A stretch of DNA of 64,000 bases, taken from Paraspadella gotoi (Eukaryota; Animalia; Chaetognatha). Under the pieces are notes generated by a model that was not told the DNA's origin, searched no databases, and saw nothing but the letters and a program-made list of their open reading frames with translations. The position numbers and the translations under genes are program-made. The first letter of the stretch is position 1; every line of letters begins with the position of its first letter. The DNA lies in NCBI GenBank assembly GCA_051294375.1, contig CM119265.1, positions 17,776,403 through 17,840,402 of the forward strand, in the 5' to 3' direction. This document shows positions 62,266 through 64,000 of the stretch, one piece after another.

Positions 62266-64000
62266 GAGAAAGAAAAGAAAATTGATTAAACTCGAATAAA
62301 GTTGATTAAAGAGGGACAAAAAATGATTAAGCCTAACGAGATATGAAATAAAATTGAAAAGAAAAAGGAGTAGAGCGGAAAAATTGGAGAAACGAGAAAA
62401 TTAGAAATCTTCATCGCCTCGGGATTTTCTCGCTAGAGGCGCCCTTCGACGCCATTTTGCAAATTCGTCTTGTGACATCGGTTGGTGACTTCTAGTGACA
62501 CTTTGTCAAATTTTTTTATGGGAATTTTTTTTTGACTCACTTGTGCGCCTAATTAAAAAAAATGGGTTTGACCTTTCCTTGGATGGCAGACTGTCACGCA
62601 ATGTATTCTATAGAGACAGGATAGTCTTTTCAAAATCTAAGAATAGAGTTTTTGTGAATATTATGTATAAAAAAAAACACGAAAAAACAAAAGAGTAACG
62701 ACTCCGACAACCATATCGATTCGAGGTGAAAAAAAAAGGATCCAACCAATCTGCCCCCAAATCTCGACCGAAATTCGCACCGCCTTTTGTTTTCGTTTCG
62801 ATTGACGTCTCGAGGCCGGGAAACGCCCTCGCGCGGCTTTGCTATTGGCTTCCGGCGACCGCGCCTCCCCTCATGTTTACCTTAATGTGCTTTCATTTCC
62901 TGTTAGTCGTTTCCACCTTAGACGTTTGACTCTTTCCGTTGACTACACGCCCCTTGGAACGCTGGCAACTTTGTACGGGCATGTGGCACTTGAATGCTGT
63001 AACTGACAACAATTTAACTCGGACCTCCCTTGCGATCTTGGGTAACTTTCAATACGGAATACTTAAATTAGGTACAATTGTTTTTGTACGCTGTCATTGA
63101 ATTCAGACGCATTCAGATCTTTCTTCACCGTCATCAATGTTTTCCAGTGTTGTCTCTCTTTCTCTCTCCCTTTTTCCTCATCCCAAATTAGCTCTCATCG
63201 CCGAATTTCGACGCGGGTCTCCCCCCCCCTTCCACGACCTCTTTCTCCTTCCCGATCCCCCTGTCTCATCTCATCCTTTTACATCACTGAGGATTTTTTT
63301 CCCTTTTCTCTCACGTCACCAGAGCTTCCGGTTTTAAGTGATTAACCTCGCACATTACATTATCTCTAGTTATCTTTAAAATATTTCAGAATAACAATTT
63401 TGCTCTCTTTTCTAAAACGCAGATTTACGAAAAAAAAAAGGCTTAAAAGTTAAAACGTTAAAAAACTACTACTACTTTGGCAACAGCGTTCCCGTTTCCC
63501 GCCAAACCCATCCTCTTCTCTCCCCCCTCCCCCTTCCTTCGCTTTTAAAAAGATGGGCGCATTAGCGACGGGGCAATCCGTTGGCCCCAGATGACAGTTT
63601 CGTTCGTTTTAAGCAGATGGGAAATTGGTTTACGTCCGACGGCAACAACGAGAAGCCGACGACCGACGGCGTGGGGGAAATAAAGTCGGTGAGAGGGTGG
63701 GGTAGAGAAGGCGGGAAATTAAAGAAAGGAGGAAGGGAAGAGGAAGAAAAGGAAACAAGTGGCTGCGTCAATGCATGTCAATCTATTTAAAGAGCTTAAT
63801 CTGAATCGTTACAGCGGTATAAATAACATTTCGCTATTTGAAAAGATATTTTAAAAATTAAAGTAATATTTTATATTAATTTTACTTGCATCATTTTTTT
63901 GAATTTGCGTCATGTATCACTTTGCATCATTTGTTAACCTTTTAGCGACCTAAACAAGAACAACAACAACCGCCCGCTAAAACCTGCGGTCCTGCATCAT

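Overview
Eukaryotic (animal-type) genomic scaffold with short GT-AG introns, AT-rich intergenic DNA, abundant (GA)n/(GAC)n/(CAT)n microsatellites and several N gaps. The style suggests a compact invertebrate genome, possibly an early-branching animal such as a sponge, but that is inference only. The first ~15 kb is gene-dense. It holds the 3' exons of an ETFBKMT/METTL20 lysine methyltransferase (+), an unidentified multi-exon gene (-), a complete 4-exon ankyrin-repeat IkB/Bcl-3-like gene (+), and a TRPC-family channel gene (-). The traceable TRPC exons stop at the pre-S1 region, right against the IkB 3' end, and I found no pore-domain exons in the window. The 17.9-37.6 kb region is a set of nested inverted and direct duplications separated by 25-N gaps, with indel-rich copies; this is most likely a long-read gap-filling artefact. 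The 37.7-64 kb region has no recognisable protein homology. It contains GC-rich islands, a haplotype-like duplication carrying an iterated inverted templated insertion, Helentron/DINE-like remnants and some hairpins. I did not find a convincing new biological system. The best biological leads are the apparently pore-less TRPC, the degron-less IkB with an inter-ankyrin insert, and a ~93-nt hairpin. No prokaryotic features, CRISPR arrays, rRNA or tRNA were seen.
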